IMG/VR virus record: IMGVR_UViG_2563366844_000005
DNA from: a virus
Lineage: Duplodnaviria > Heunggongvirae > Uroviricota > Caudoviricetes
Reading direction: 5' to 3' (one strand)
Length of the DNA: 38,720 bases
In this document: positions 9,948-19,250 of the stretch, piece by piece
Layout of the letters: each line of letters starts with the position of its first letter
Numbering within the stretch: position 1 is the first letter of the stretch
Program-made: the position numbers and the translations under genes
Notes under the pieces: model-generated
The model's input: the letters and a program-made list of their open reading frames with translations, nothing else
Databases searched by the model: none
Told to the model about the DNA's origin: nothing

Positions 9948-10646
9948 TTACTGCGAAAGTTTGTTAATGGAAAGGAAGCCGCCAAAGTTGCCGACGTTAT
10001 TGCGAAACTTACAGCCACTCAGGCATTTGCTACATTTATCCTTCGTGATATCGGACGTCGGCTGGTCATATTCATCCGCGACAGCCGGACCATTATAACC
10101 GCACTCATCACCGCGATAGGTCCAGGTGCAGGTGTTGGCCAGCATGGTGCGCCCCGGAAAAACGGCACCATCCGTTTCCGTCGGTGTGGACAACACAAAG
10201 GAGGCACTGACCGCGCTCAGTTCGCTGCACTGCTCGATGCGCCAGCGGCTGATCACCTCCTGCTCCGGATCGGCGTCACTGTTTCCGTTGACGAAGTTCA
10301 CCGCATCCAGAAAACGGGCGTAAACCTTACGCCTGACCACCGTTCCGCCGACCAGACTTTGCAGGTCTTCCGCCATCCCGGTGACCATGCCGTGCAGGTT
10401 AGAGACTTTCAGCGTTGGTCTTGCACTGGCTCCTTTGCCGTTCATCTCAAAGCCGCTTCCCTGAATAGGGTACGCCTGATACTGTCGCCCCTGCCAGGTG
10501 ACTGACTCACCTTTTTCGTTCTGCTCATTACAGAAAAAATAACGCTCTCCGCCGACTTCTGTCAGATCGACTTCCCAGAGCACGACCAGCGCGGATTGCT
10601 CCGCTTTTGTACACTCATTCAGTGTTTCCTGCTGTATATCCTGCAT
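9948..10646 (-). CDS. L: Minor tail protein L
   Basis: 232 aa; C-terminal Cys cluster (CSKCLSGCKF); lambda-L-like; ATG overlaps the M stop (ATGA). Confidence 0.9.
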   Translation of the reverse strand: MQDIQQETLNECTKAEQSALVVLWEVDLTEVGGERYFFCNEQNEKGESVTWQGRQYQAYPIQGSGFEMNGKGASARPTLKVSNLHGMVTGMAEDLQSLVGGTVVRRKVYARFLDAVNFVNGNSDADPEQEVISRWRIEQCSELSAVSASFVLSTPTETDGAVFPGRTMLANTCTWTYRGDECGYNGPAVADEYDQPTSDITKDKCSKCLSGCKFRNNVGNFGGFLSINKLSQ

Positions 10647-10945
10647 CAGTGAGTGACCTCTTCAAAGGTACAGTTAAAATCGGTATACATGGCATTATCC
10701 GAAATACTCCACTCCCTGCAGACAACCCGGACGGTTCTGTTGTGTTTTGGCGGACGCCACAAAAAAGCACGTATCCCGGCATGACGGGATAAAAAACTGT
10801 CCAGCGCAGCACGGGAATATTCATCTGTGACACGAAACACCGGTTTAAACGTTTTCAGATCCGCATTCAGACCACCAGCCCGCCGCTGTTCATATCCGTC
10901 ACCGAACTTTACCGTAATAACAGATGGCTTTCGTGTCGTCTCCAT
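10646..10945 (-). CDS. M: Minor tail protein M
   Basis: Contains VKFGDGYEQRRAGGLNADLKTF, similar to lambda M (RFGDGYSQRAPAGLNANLKTY as recalled). Start uncertain: the track start is TTG at 11032; I chose the ATG at 10945. Confidence 0.75.
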   Translation of the reverse strand: METTRKPSVITVKFGDGYEQRRAGGLNADLKTFKPVFRVTDEYSRAALDSFLSRHAGIRAFLWRPPKHNRTVRVVCREWSISDNAMYTDFNCTFEEVTH

Positions 10946-10979
10946 CCCCTCGCGGGGGATCCAGTTAAAAACTTCAGGC

Positions 10980-13900
10980 TCAGGCACTGTATAATCCTCC
11001 GTCCCGACGTGATGACTGCATAATTGACACAACCCTGCTGTCGATCAGATCCACCAGCCCCCTGGCTGACTGCGTATCTATCTCGCCATTGCTCCCTTTA
11101 TTCTGAATACTGATGTGATACACGGGAGAATAAACAAATCCCCCGCCACCATTCACATTGCCAATGGCTCTGACTCCAAGAGAGCCGTCCGCTGCCCGGG
11201 TCAGTGGCATGATAGCTTCAGGCCCGGCCTCGCCCATCAGCCCGGCACCTTTCGCAAAAGCAAAATACGTCGGGGTATCCACAATGGTGTTACTGTAAGC
11301 ACTCAGATTTGCAGATGTATAAACACCACCTTTTGCGTTTGCCACTGCACCGGAAAGCCAGTCGCCGACCGTACCAAGCCATCCTCCGGCACCGGACATG
11401 CTTTTGGAAAGTGACTTCAGCCCGTTAACGATGGCAGCGTTCATCAGAATTTTTGAAACTTCCTGGAGAATTGAACTCCCCCAGTTTCGCCAGTCCACAA
11501 CATTTCCGGCCAGTGCATCGGAAATATTTGATACCAGCCCGTCCATAGTGGAAACGACAGCATCTGCCGCCTGCGAAGCATAATCGGTGGCACTGTCTGC
11601 CCAGTTCGTCAGTCCCTCCTGGAGGCCGGCATTCCAGTCACTGCGTAAAGCATCAGCCTTTGCATAATAATCCTGCTGATCGCTGAGACGCTCTTCCAGA
11701 TATTTTTCATTCAGCGATTTTTCCTGTTTCCACAGGGCTTCTTCAATTTCTCCGGCCTGATACTGTCTCAGTAGCTCGTTATTTTTCTGCTCAAACGCCT
11801 GCCGGATACTCCACATTTCCTGGAGTCGTTCACGCATCCGTGAGCCTTCACCATATCCCAGCAACTGCGCGTCGTCAGATGCCCGGGCACTGGCATTACT
11901 GTCCGCCAGACTGCTTTCATACGCGGCAAGCTGCTCACGAATCTTTTTCTGGTCGATGAGTGCCGCATTCTGTAAAAGCGTTTTTTTCTGCGCTTCTGAC
12001 AGGGTTGATAATTCGCCCTGACTGACCTGATATTTCATCTTAGCCAGTTCAGTATTCTGCCCTGCCAGTGCTATTTGCTCTTTCTGCTGTTTAATCAGCC
12101 GTTTATAAATATCTTCTGTTTTTTCCGCTTCGGTCTTTTTATGCGCTTTGGGTTTATTTGCCTGGTTATTTCGCCATGCATCCAGTGAGTTATTGATATA
12201 ATTCAGTCTTGCTGTCTGATATGCCTCTCCCACAAAGCCGAGATCATCCGCAGCATAACCCAGGCGGGCACGCTCACGGTCTTCCCCCTTCAGGCGGGAC
12301 AGAGCCAGTTCGCGCTCGCTGTTATTCAGTGCGGTCTGCTGTTTATCATCCAGGGTTGCCTGTGGTAGCCGTAACGGTACATTCACCAGCCCCTGTCGCT
12401 GCTGAAGTAATTCATTACCGAGCCCGAGAAGGCGATTAAACTCGGTATGCTGCCCATTCATGATCAACAGGGACTGATACGCTTTGTTTTGTTCCGCGGC
12501 CTGTTGACGGATCAACGCCACCCGTCGCTCCTCCAGCCCGGCAAGCACATCCTGAATGGATTGCGCTTTGCCCTGCATTTGTGTGAGACGGGACTGTTCA
12601 ACTGCCAGTTGATTTGTTGCTTCGGCAAGCCCTTTAAGGATGATTTCAGCACCCGAACCACTCTGCGAACTTTCATCAAGCCAACGTTGATAATCAGCAA
12701 TTTGATTTTTCAGTCCGCGAATTTTTCCTTCCTGTTCGCTAATCAGGCGATTTTGTTCCTCCAGTGCCTGCCGCGTCTTTTCCTCATTATCTGACGCTTC
12801 AGGAAGCGACATTGCCGACGTTTTCTGGCGAATTTCGTCGATTGTTGCGGCATACTGGCGTGCAGATTCTCTGGCCTGCTCCTGATTCTGATACATCGTG
12901 TACCAGGCCGCGGCCCCCAGCATGACAAGCCCCGGCACCCCACCAACCAGTCCCAGTGCTCCACTTAACAGACGACTTCCCACTGACGTGACAGTATTCA
13001 GCGTTGTCTGTGCTGCTGTTCTGGCCGCAATATTACGGGTAAGTGATGCCTGGGCAGCAGCCAGTTTCGCTTCTGCGGCTGCCTGCCTTTCGGTACCGCG
13101 AGCAGCAACAACCGCCTGTTGCGCACGATAAACCGCCGCACGCGCCCTGGCTGTTGCTATCTGTGTCCCCCGGAGCTGCGCTTCCGCAAGAGCCACTTCG
13201 TTTCTGGCTGCAGTAATTAATCCGGCAGTTGCAGATCCAGCAGAAGACGCCATATTGCCAAAATATCGGGCTACCCCGACGGCAACCAGAGCACCGGCAG
13301 CGGTTGCCACAGTGTCAATATGGCCTGCAATACCATTCAGCACACCGGAGAGCGTCTTCGTCACTCCGCTTGCCTCGTTCGCACCACCAACCCAGGCCAT
13401 AAAGGCGTTTTCAACTTTGGTTGCAGAGGATGAAACCGTATCAGGCATTGCCGCATATTCATCACGTAATGCCCCAAGCTGACTAATCAGTGCAGGAACA
13501 ACCTTATCGGCGGTCAACTTTCCGTTATCCGCCATGGCCTTCAGATCCTTACGGGCAACCCCCATTCCCGCAGCCAGCGCACGAATAACACGATCGCCGT
13601 TCTCATTCACCGAGTTAAACTCTTCACCGCGCAGCACTCCCTGCGCCAGTGCCTGACTGAACTGCGTGATCACCGAACTGGCTTCTGCTGTACTGGCACC
13701 GGATAATTTCAGGCCCGTGGAGATCGCCTCGGTGACTTTCAGTACCTCCTCAGAACTGTAACCATACTCCCGCATGGAAGCTGCAGAACGGGCAAAAAGG
13801 CTGGCGTTATCAGAAAACGCCGTCCCCGTTCTCTGGCTGATCGCCATTAATTCACGCTGTGATGCCTGAAAATCATCACTGGACTGTGAGGCCTGCTTCA

Positions 13901-14198
13901 GACGGGCATTTACTGAATTCCACTCATCGGCGAGAGAAATAAGATGACCGGTAGCAAAAGCCCCGGCAAATGCCCCCGCCATATTCAGTGCCGAAGATTT
14001 AGCTGTATTTATCTGATCCGTCACTTCTGCCAGTGCACGCCGCATTTCACGGGATGCCGCAGCGGACTGCCGGCCTCCGTTCTGCATGGTACGGTAGTAA
14101 TCCTGCCCCAAACGCGAAGCCCGGGAGATCTCTGACTGGAATGACCGGGAATTTGCCGAGATTTTAATAATCAGTTCACGTAATGTCGCCACACTCAT
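10980..14198 (-). CDS. H: Tail tape measure protein
   Basis: 1072 aa; Ala/Gln-rich coiled-coil composition; sits between the G/T pair and M; GGAGA RBS. Confidence 0.9.
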   Translation of the reverse strand: MSVATLRELIIKISANSRSFQSEISRASRLGQDYYRTMQNGGRQSAAASREMRRALAEVTDQINTAKSSALNMAGAFAGAFATGHLISLADEWNSVNARLKQASQSSDDFQASQRELMAISQRTGTAFSDNASLFARSAASMREYGYSSEEVLKVTEAISTGLKLSGASTAEASSVITQFSQALAQGVLRGEEFNSVNENGDRVIRALAAGMGVARKDLKAMADNGKLTADKVVPALISQLGALRDEYAAMPDTVSSSATKVENAFMAWVGGANEASGVTKTLSGVLNGIAGHIDTVATAAGALVAVGVARYFGNMASSAGSATAGLITAARNEVALAEAQLRGTQIATARARAAVYRAQQAVVAARGTERQAAAEAKLAAAQASLTRNIAARTAAQTTLNTVTSVGSRLLSGALGLVGGVPGLVMLGAAAWYTMYQNQEQARESARQYAATIDEIRQKTSAMSLPEASDNEEKTRQALEEQNRLISEQEGKIRGLKNQIADYQRWLDESSQSGSGAEIILKGLAEATNQLAVEQSRLTQMQGKAQSIQDVLAGLEERRVALIRQQAAEQNKAYQSLLIMNGQHTEFNRLLGLGNELLQQRQGLVNVPLRLPQATLDDKQQTALNNSERELALSRLKGEDRERARLGYAADDLGFVGEAYQTARLNYINNSLDAWRNNQANKPKAHKKTEAEKTEDIYKRLIKQQKEQIALAGQNTELAKMKYQVSQGELSTLSEAQKKTLLQNAALIDQKKIREQLAAYESSLADSNASARASDDAQLLGYGEGSRMRERLQEMWSIRQAFEQKNNELLRQYQAGEIEEALWKQEKSLNEKYLEERLSDQQDYYAKADALRSDWNAGLQEGLTNWADSATDYASQAADAVVSTMDGLVSNISDALAGNVVDWRNWGSSILQEVSKILMNAAIVNGLKSLSKSMSGAGGWLGTVGDWLSGAVANAKGGVYTSANLSAYSNTIVDTPTYFAFAKGAGLMGEAGPEAIMPLTRAADGSLGVRAIGNVNGGGGFVYSPVYHISIQNKGSNGEIDTQSARGLVDLIDSRVVSIMQSSRRDGGLYSA

Positions 14199-14208
14199 TC
14201 TCCGGACG

Positions 14209-14230
14209 AAAAAAAACCGCCGAAGCGGTT
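14209..14230 (-). terminator. Hairpin plus U-tract between T and the tape-measure gene (candidate attenuator)
   Basis: Minus-strand AACCGC-UUCG-GCGGUU followed by eight U, immediately upstream of the H RBS. Confidence 0.4.
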
Positions 14231-14238
14231 ATGTTGAC

Positions 14239-14529
14239 TCACTGAGACACTATTAAAAGCGCGTTTTCCAGTCCGGCAAATGGATCTGATACGCCTTCTG
14301 TCTGCTCCTTCTCCCACTGAAGAAGCGCATCATTCAGTGGCACTTTGACCCCCTGCGCACCGTAAACAGCTGAAACAATCTGGGCAGCCCGGATATCAGC
14401 CCGTTCGTCCCCCAGCGGGCTGAACCTGTCAAATTCTGCCCACATCATGATTTCTGATGCGGACATTTCCCGGCGTAACTCTGACAATGTGCGCCCCATC
14501 CTGAGCGCCAGCATCATCAGAAAACGCAT
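14239..14529 (-). CDS. Tail assembly chaperone T segment, probably expressed as a G-T fusion by -1 frameshift
   Basis: ORF lies in the -1 frame relative to G and opens just downstream of the slippery site; equivalent to the lambda G/GT arrangement. Confidence 0.7.
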   Translation of the reverse strand: MRFLMMLALRMGRTLSELRREMSASEIMMWAEFDRFSPLGDERADIRAAQIVSAVYGAQGVKVPLNDALLQWEKEQTEGVSDPFAGLENALLIVSQ

Positions 14530-14540
14530 CCCCGGAAGCG

Positions 14541-14912
14541 CTACTTTTTTTTAACCTCGCCGGCATCACTGATCAGTTCCAGAGACTGCCGAAGAAGCCG
14601 CGCATGCACCGGGCCATACACGGCAATCACCTGTTCACGATCATCCTCTGAAAATACAGGTTGCAGTCCGGTATCACACAGAACATCAATGAACAGTTCA
14701 ACGTCCGCCTCCAGATTTCGGCGGGCACGCTCTGCAACAGATGGCGATGTATCATCTTCCCTGGCTTTAACGATCTCCTGCCAGCGCAACCAGGCTTCTG
14801 CAGAAGGTTCCCGTAACACAACCGTTGCTCCCTCCCATTCAGGCACATCAACGGTTTTATGGCGAAACCCCGACATCGTTGCCAGTGCCAGATTACGGAT
14901 ATTTTTAGTCAT
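14541..14912 (-). CDS. Tail assembly chaperone G
   Basis: Position between major tail and tape-measure genes; ends ...EVKKK with the slippery heptamer at its 3' end; start taken at the third in-frame ATG (14912), which has a GAGGA SD. Confidence 0.75.
   Translation of the reverse strand: MTKNIRNLALATMSGFRHKTVDVPEWEGATVVLREPSAEAWLRWQEIVKAREDDTSPSVAERARRNLEADVELFIDVLCDTGLQPVFSEDDREQVIAVYGPVHARLLRQSLELISDAGEVKKK
14544..14550 (-). other. Programmed -1 ribosomal frameshift slippery heptamer A_AAA_AAG
   Basis: The minus strand reads GUU AAA AAA AAG UAG at the end of G; a -1 slip continues into the T frame (..KK-VALPGMRFLMM..). Confidence 0.7.
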
Positions 14913-14926
14913 CACATCCATCCTCA

Positions 14927-15631
14927 TTAACTGACGGTTACAGTGCAGGAAATGGAGGTCACTTTGTTAACCGGGCTTGCTGAATCAGAAATCTCGCAGG
15001 TATACGCACCGGCATCACCGGATGCTGCTGATGCCTTACTGAACGTTGCCGCCGTCTGTCCGGAAACAGGAGAACTACCTTTCTTCCAGACATAAGAATA
15101 AGGCGGCACACCACCGGCAGCCTCAACCACCATTTCGAGTTTCGCTCCGGCAGAAACCTGCAGCGTGCTGTTTAAATCGACCTTCACTTTCAGCGGCTCT
15201 GTCGTCAGCACAGGTTTACCTTTCAGGCGCAGGGAAAACGTTGCAGCCACAACACCATTGGTTCCTGCAGACCTGGTATGCTGACGCACCTCTGCCATAA
15301 AGGTAAATCCGTTTCCTGACGGAAAAATAACTTTAAAGCCATACGTGGTGTCATTGTCATAGGCACTGCGCAACGCGTTCTGGGCAGCATTGAGGTAAAA
15401 GTTGCCTGACATGGAAATCTCTGACGCGGCACCAAGACCGTTAATATTTTCCTGCTCAACAGAACACAGCGTGGTGACATCAATATCCTGCTTTTGTCCT
15501 GCGGTAAACTGCACCTCTTTGATTGTACAGCTCAGGCCAAGATAGCTGGCAGAATCCAGGGTTTCTGCTGTTACCGGTGCAGACGAAATCATAATTTTCG
15601 TCAGTTGCGAACGCTCAAAATTAGAGGACAT
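14927..15631 (-). CDS. Major tail protein with C-terminal Ig-like domain
   Basis: Position upstream of G/T; C-terminal roughly 90 aa resemble a bacterial Ig-like (Big_2-type) domain; AGGAG RBS before the ATG at 15631. Confidence 0.8.
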   Translation of the reverse strand: MSSNFERSQLTKIMISSAPVTAETLDSASYLGLSCTIKEVQFTAGQKQDIDVTTLCSVEQENINGLGAASEISMSGNFYLNAAQNALRSAYDNDTTYGFKVIFPSGNGFTFMAEVRQHTRSAGTNGVVAATFSLRLKGKPVLTTEPLKVKVDLNSTLQVSAGAKLEMVVEAAGGVPPYSYVWKKGSSPVSGQTAATFSKASAASGDAGAYTCEISDSASPVNKVTSISCTVTVS

Positions 15632-15642
15632 ACTCGTCTCCT

Positions 15643-15669
15643 GAAAATAAAAAACCCGCCAGCGGCGGG
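15643..15669 (-). terminator. Intrinsic terminator/attenuator upstream of the major tail gene
   Basis: Minus-strand CCCGCC-GCU-GGCGGG hairpin followed by UUUUUUAUUUU. Confidence 0.5.
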
Positions 15670-15690
15670 TGGGTAAAATCATTAACGACC

Positions 15691-16035
15691 TCAGGCTATT
15701 ACCTGAAATTCAAGCGTGGCTCTGCTCAGACGGGAGTCAGGATCATAACCCTGCGTTTTAGAAATAACGGAGGGTGCCAGTTTCCTTACTGTATCAAGCG
15801 CCTGCTCACGAATATCATCTGCGTCATCAGGTACTGTCGCCCAGACATCGATCTGCACGACAATTCTGGATTCAGCCTGACCATCAAGCACATCAGACGC
15901 CGTGTCAGACACCACAGAAAACACCAGCCACGGCGGAGATACCGCAGGCTTTCCCTCCGTCAGCGGGACCACATAAGGATATACCTGTCCTCCGGCCAGC
16001 TGAGACAGCAGGGAATACAGTGTGGCCTCCCTCAT
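15691..16035 (-). CDS. Tail completion / tail terminator-like protein
   Basis: 114 aa; assigned by size and position between head-tail joining genes and the major tail gene (HK97 gp11-like by synteny). Confidence 0.6.
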   Translation of the reverse strand: MREATLYSLLSQLAGGQVYPYVVPLTEGKPAVSPPWLVFSVVSDTASDVLDGQAESRIVVQIDVWATVPDDADDIREQALDTVRKLAPSVISKTQGYDPDSRLSRATLEFQVIA

Positions 16036-16478
16036 TTACTTAAGACCTCATCAATAGCCTGATTCATTCGCTGTATGGCAACCTGCGCCGCCAGCTCCTC
16101 TGTCGTATCGAAAGCCGGGCGAATGAATGGATGCGCGGGCATGTTTATCGTTCCCAGCTCCACAAAGCGCCAGTAAAACGCATTTCGGGGATCGCTGGCT
16201 TTCATGCTGTTATCACTGTTTCCGGTTCGCAGGTTCCGTCCGCGAATGTGGACACCCGAGATAATTTCTCCCCGACGCTTTGAACGCTGCGTGAGAACAA
16301 CCACATTTTTCTTCAGTTTCCCGGTTCGCTCCGGCGCACGTTCAACAACTGCATCCCGCATAACTTCAGCACCGGCACGGGTGGCATCGCGCAGAACCTT
16401 ATTGTTTTCTGCCCTGCTGAGCGTCTCCAGATCCCGTGCAATATCCGCCAGACCTGAAAAATCAAGACTGAAATCCAT
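16032..16478 (-). CDS. Head-tail joining protein (HK97 gp10-like)
   Basis: Synteny and size; start/stop overlaps with both neighbours (translational coupling). Confidence 0.6.
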   Translation of the reverse strand: MDFSLDFSGLADIARDLETLSRAENNKVLRDATRAGAEVMRDAVVERAPERTGKLKKNVVVLTQRSKRRGEIISGVHIRGRNLRTGNSDNSMKASDPRNAFYWRFVELGTINMPAHPFIRPAFDTTEELAAQVAIQRMNQAIDEVLSK

Positions 16479-16816
16479 CACACATTCCCCTTCTGAGAAC
16501 AGAGTATCTCAAGCCGTGTGGCACGAGCATCCGGTATCGGCGGACCGTCTATACTCAGAATCGCGCCTTTGAATGCACCAGTCAGCACTTTCAGACATGA
16601 AGTTGCTGTTACATCTCGCCGGAATCTCATCCAGACCCTCACTGTAGCCTGAGCAGTTTCTGCGCCTCCGGATATTCTCTCCCTGCCACTGATCCCCTTA
16701 ACTTCTGCCCATATGGTTGCCCCCTCCGTCATTGTTTCCACAGGGTGCCCTGACGGAGACCGAACGGTGGTGGCATTCAGAATAACCACACGATCACGTA
16801 ATCTTCCTGCCTGCAT
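16478..16816 (-). CDS. Head closure / head-tail adaptor protein
   Basis: 112 aa; position after the connector gene. Confidence 0.6.
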   Translation of the reverse strand: MQAGRLRDRVVILNATTVRSPSGHPVETMTEGATIWAEVKGISGRERISGGAETAQATVRVWMRFRRDVTATSCLKVLTGAFKGAILSIDGPPIPDARATRLEILCSQKGNV

Positions 16817-16824
16817 GAATCCCC

Positions 16825-17130
16825 CTATGTTCCGGGATGAAACCGATACATCCGCAGTCCGGTATAGAAAAAATCAGGCATTGCATCCTGCATTTCCCTG
16901 TTCTCGTACCAGTAGCCAACCAGTTGCATAAGACGCAGCTTTATCAGCGGTGTTATTACAAGCCCGGTCGTATCCTGCTCAGAAACAGTTTCATCGTAAA
17001 GCGTCCGGTTTAAAAACTTTTCAGCCTCTTCCCTGGCAGCAGCCAGATACATCATAAGAAGAGCATTCTCCTGTTCATTGTCATCATCAATCCTGCACTG
17101 AACACGAAGCTCTTCCAGAGTGGGCATCAT
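16825..17130 (-). CDS. Head-tail connector protein (gp6-like)
   Basis: 101 aa acidic protein directly downstream of the capsid region; typical order for HK97-like heads. Confidence 0.6.
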   Translation of the reverse strand: MMPTLEELRVQCRIDDDNEQENALLMMYLAAAREEAEKFLNRTLYDETVSEQDTTGLVITPLIKLRLMQLVGYWYENREMQDAMPDFFYTGLRMYRFHPGT

Positions 17131-17141
17131 TTGGGCAACCT

Positions 17142-17330
17142 CTATGAATGCTGTTTTTTAGACTTATCAGCCCCCCGCGCAACAGGTGTTCTCTTATCAG
17201 AGACAATCCCAGCTGCAGTGGCAATTTCGCGTACCCGTTCGGGTAATTCTTTATCTTCATACTCACCGGCCCGAATAATCTCAACACGCATACCGTCCGG
17301 TGACCATTTCAGATCTTGTTTCAGGATCAT
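17142..17330 (-). CDS. Small hypothetical protein after the major capsid gene
   Basis: 62 aa from the internal ATG at 17330; weak RBS; function unknown. Confidence 0.35.
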   Translation of the reverse strand: MILKQDLKWSPDGMRVEIIRAGEYEDKELPERVREIATAAGIVSDKRTPVARGADKSKKQHS

Positions 17331-17379
17331 GATTCTTTCACCTGTCAGAACAGGGCGCACTTCTGCGCCCCCTGAATGA

Positions 17380-18585
17380 TTACGCCGCTGCAATCTTCAG
17401 CAGTTTGATGGCCTGCGAATCGACCAGCATGCCGCCGGTGCGCTTGGTGGTATAAAAACCGACAAACGGTTTATTGGTGTACGGATCACGCAGAATGCGG
17501 GTGCCGATACGGTCAACGATGGTGTAACCCCGTTTGAAGTTACCAAATGCAATGGCTTTCGCATCAGCGGCGATATCCGGCATCTGTTCGTTTTCAGCGA
17601 TACCGTAACCCGCCAGAGAGGACGGCTGCCCCAGCTCCAGCCCCGGACGCCACAGATAGTTACCCTCGCTGTCTTTCAGCAGACGGATGGCAAACAGGCT
17701 GTTGTTGTTCATCATGAACTTCGCGCCAGTGCGGTGTGCCTTACGCAGCGTGTAAATCAGTTTGATAATGGCGTCTGCGGTCACCGTCGTCGCTTCGCCG
17801 GATACAATATGCTGAAGTTTGCCGAACGCCCGGACCTTATCGGTTTCATCGGTGGATTCATACGCCAGGAACCCTTTCGGCTTCTTGGTACCATCGCCGG
17901 AGGTAAAGGCAATTTCTTCCTGTTCGGCAAATTCGGTTGCCAGCTCGCTGTTGATCCAGGCCTCCACGTTGAAGAAAGCATCATCCAGCATTTTCTGGGT
18001 GGCCTGCGGGTTACCGTAGATTTCCCCCATGAAAGGTTCAATCAGGCCCAGTTTTGAGGTGGCAGTCTGGGTGCGCGCGTCAGTCTCGCCAACCCATCCG
18101 GAAGCCGTGCCGCCCAGATTCACCAGTTTTTTGTAGTCGGAACCGCCAACGGTGATCACCGTGGCTTCCTGGCGCATCACCACTTCATCTTTCAGCAGGT
18201 TGAGAATGTTGCGATCCAGTTCTTCCGGCACGGCATAGCCGCCGTCTTCATCGGTGCCCACCTGCAATGCCTTACGCTCCAGATCACGCAGACCGTCTTC
18301 ACGGCCTTTACGCAGGAAGCCCACAAAAGCCTCTTTATGCTCAGTGGCCAGTTTATTTTGCACACCACCTGCCGGACGTTTCAGCTCAAGCAGCTCTTTT
18401 TCAAGATCGCTTTTGAGATTTTCCAGCTCGCTGAGTTTCCCGTTCAGGGTTTCCACCTGCCCGGCAAGCTTGCCTTTTTCCTGCTCAATCGCATCCACGC
18501 GCTTGTCGTTCTTTGCCTTGAAGTCGTCAAACTTCTGCTGCAGCTCCTGCGCGACCTGTTCGACATCTTTAATATCTACCGCCAT
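17380..18585 (-). CDS. Major capsid protein, HK97 fold
   Basis: 401 aa; N-terminal coiled-coil delta domain followed by a capsid body, typical of HK97-type proteins cleaved by the prohead protease; AGGAG RBS. Confidence 0.9.
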   Translation of the reverse strand: MAVDIKDVEQVAQELQQKFDDFKAKNDKRVDAIEQEKGKLAGQVETLNGKLSELENLKSDLEKELLELKRPAGGVQNKLATEHKEAFVGFLRKGREDGLRDLERKALQVGTDEDGGYAVPEELDRNILNLLKDEVVMRQEATVITVGGSDYKKLVNLGGTASGWVGETDARTQTATSKLGLIEPFMGEIYGNPQATQKMLDDAFFNVEAWINSELATEFAEQEEIAFTSGDGTKKPKGFLAYESTDETDKVRAFGKLQHIVSGEATTVTADAIIKLIYTLRKAHRTGAKFMMNNNSLFAIRLLKDSEGNYLWRPGLELGQPSSLAGYGIAENEQMPDIAADAKAIAFGNFKRGYTIVDRIGTRILRDPYTNKPFVGFYTTKRTGGMLVDSQAIKLLKIAAA

Positions 18586-18599
18586 CGTATTTCTCCTGA

Positions 18600-19250
18600 T
18601 TAGAAGTTCAGATTTTTCAGTGCATTCAGTGCAGAGCCCACATCCTCAGCGTCGCGCAGGGACAGTGCGCCATAGCCCCCGGCCATGAATGCTTTGGCCT
18701 GGGTACGGGAGAGTCCGACATCACGCAGGACTCTTTCGATTTTTTTCTGTTCGGGGATTTCCCCGCGGGCCAGCGCGTTCTTGACGTCGCTGATCCGCGC
18801 CTCGTCGTTAGACGGAAACGTCACCAGACTGACTTCCCAGAGGTCGATTTCTTTCAACAGAAAGGCTTCTTTCGTCCGGTCGTATTCCCAGTCCTTCAGG
18901 ACGTACCCAATAGAAAGGCCGGTTAACGAACCGGCCTTCATGTGTGCATGTGCGCGTTTTGCCAGGGGATCATCATCAATGAGCAACCGCCCCCTGACGT
19001 AAAGCCCGACATCGTCTTCCTTCATTTCGGTGTAAACACCGATGGGCTCATCCATGCGGTGCTGCCAGAGCAGCGCAGGCAACGCTTTTCTGTCACTCCA
19101 CGCCCGCAGGGAAGCAGCAAATGCCCCGGACATCACCACATCATCGTGACTGTCCTTTACACCAAAGACGGAGCCATACCCTTCAAACTCACCGGAGTCA
19201 CTGACAGATTTCAGACTCAGCGGTACATCAAGACGTTGTTTCGTCTGCAT
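18600..19250 (-). CDS. Prohead maturation protease (HK97 family)
   Basis: Position between portal and capsid genes; start taken at the ATG at 19250, which has an AAGGA SD. Confidence 0.85.
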   Translation of the reverse strand: MQTKQRLDVPLSLKSVSDSGEFEGYGSVFGVKDSHDDVVMSGAFAASLRAWSDRKALPALLWQHRMDEPIGVYTEMKEDDVGLYVRGRLLIDDDPLAKRAHAHMKAGSLTGLSIGYVLKDWEYDRTKEAFLLKEIDLWEVSLVTFPSNDEARISDVKNALARGEIPEQKKIERVLRDVGLSRTQAKAFMAGGYGALSLRDAEDVGSALNALKNLNF

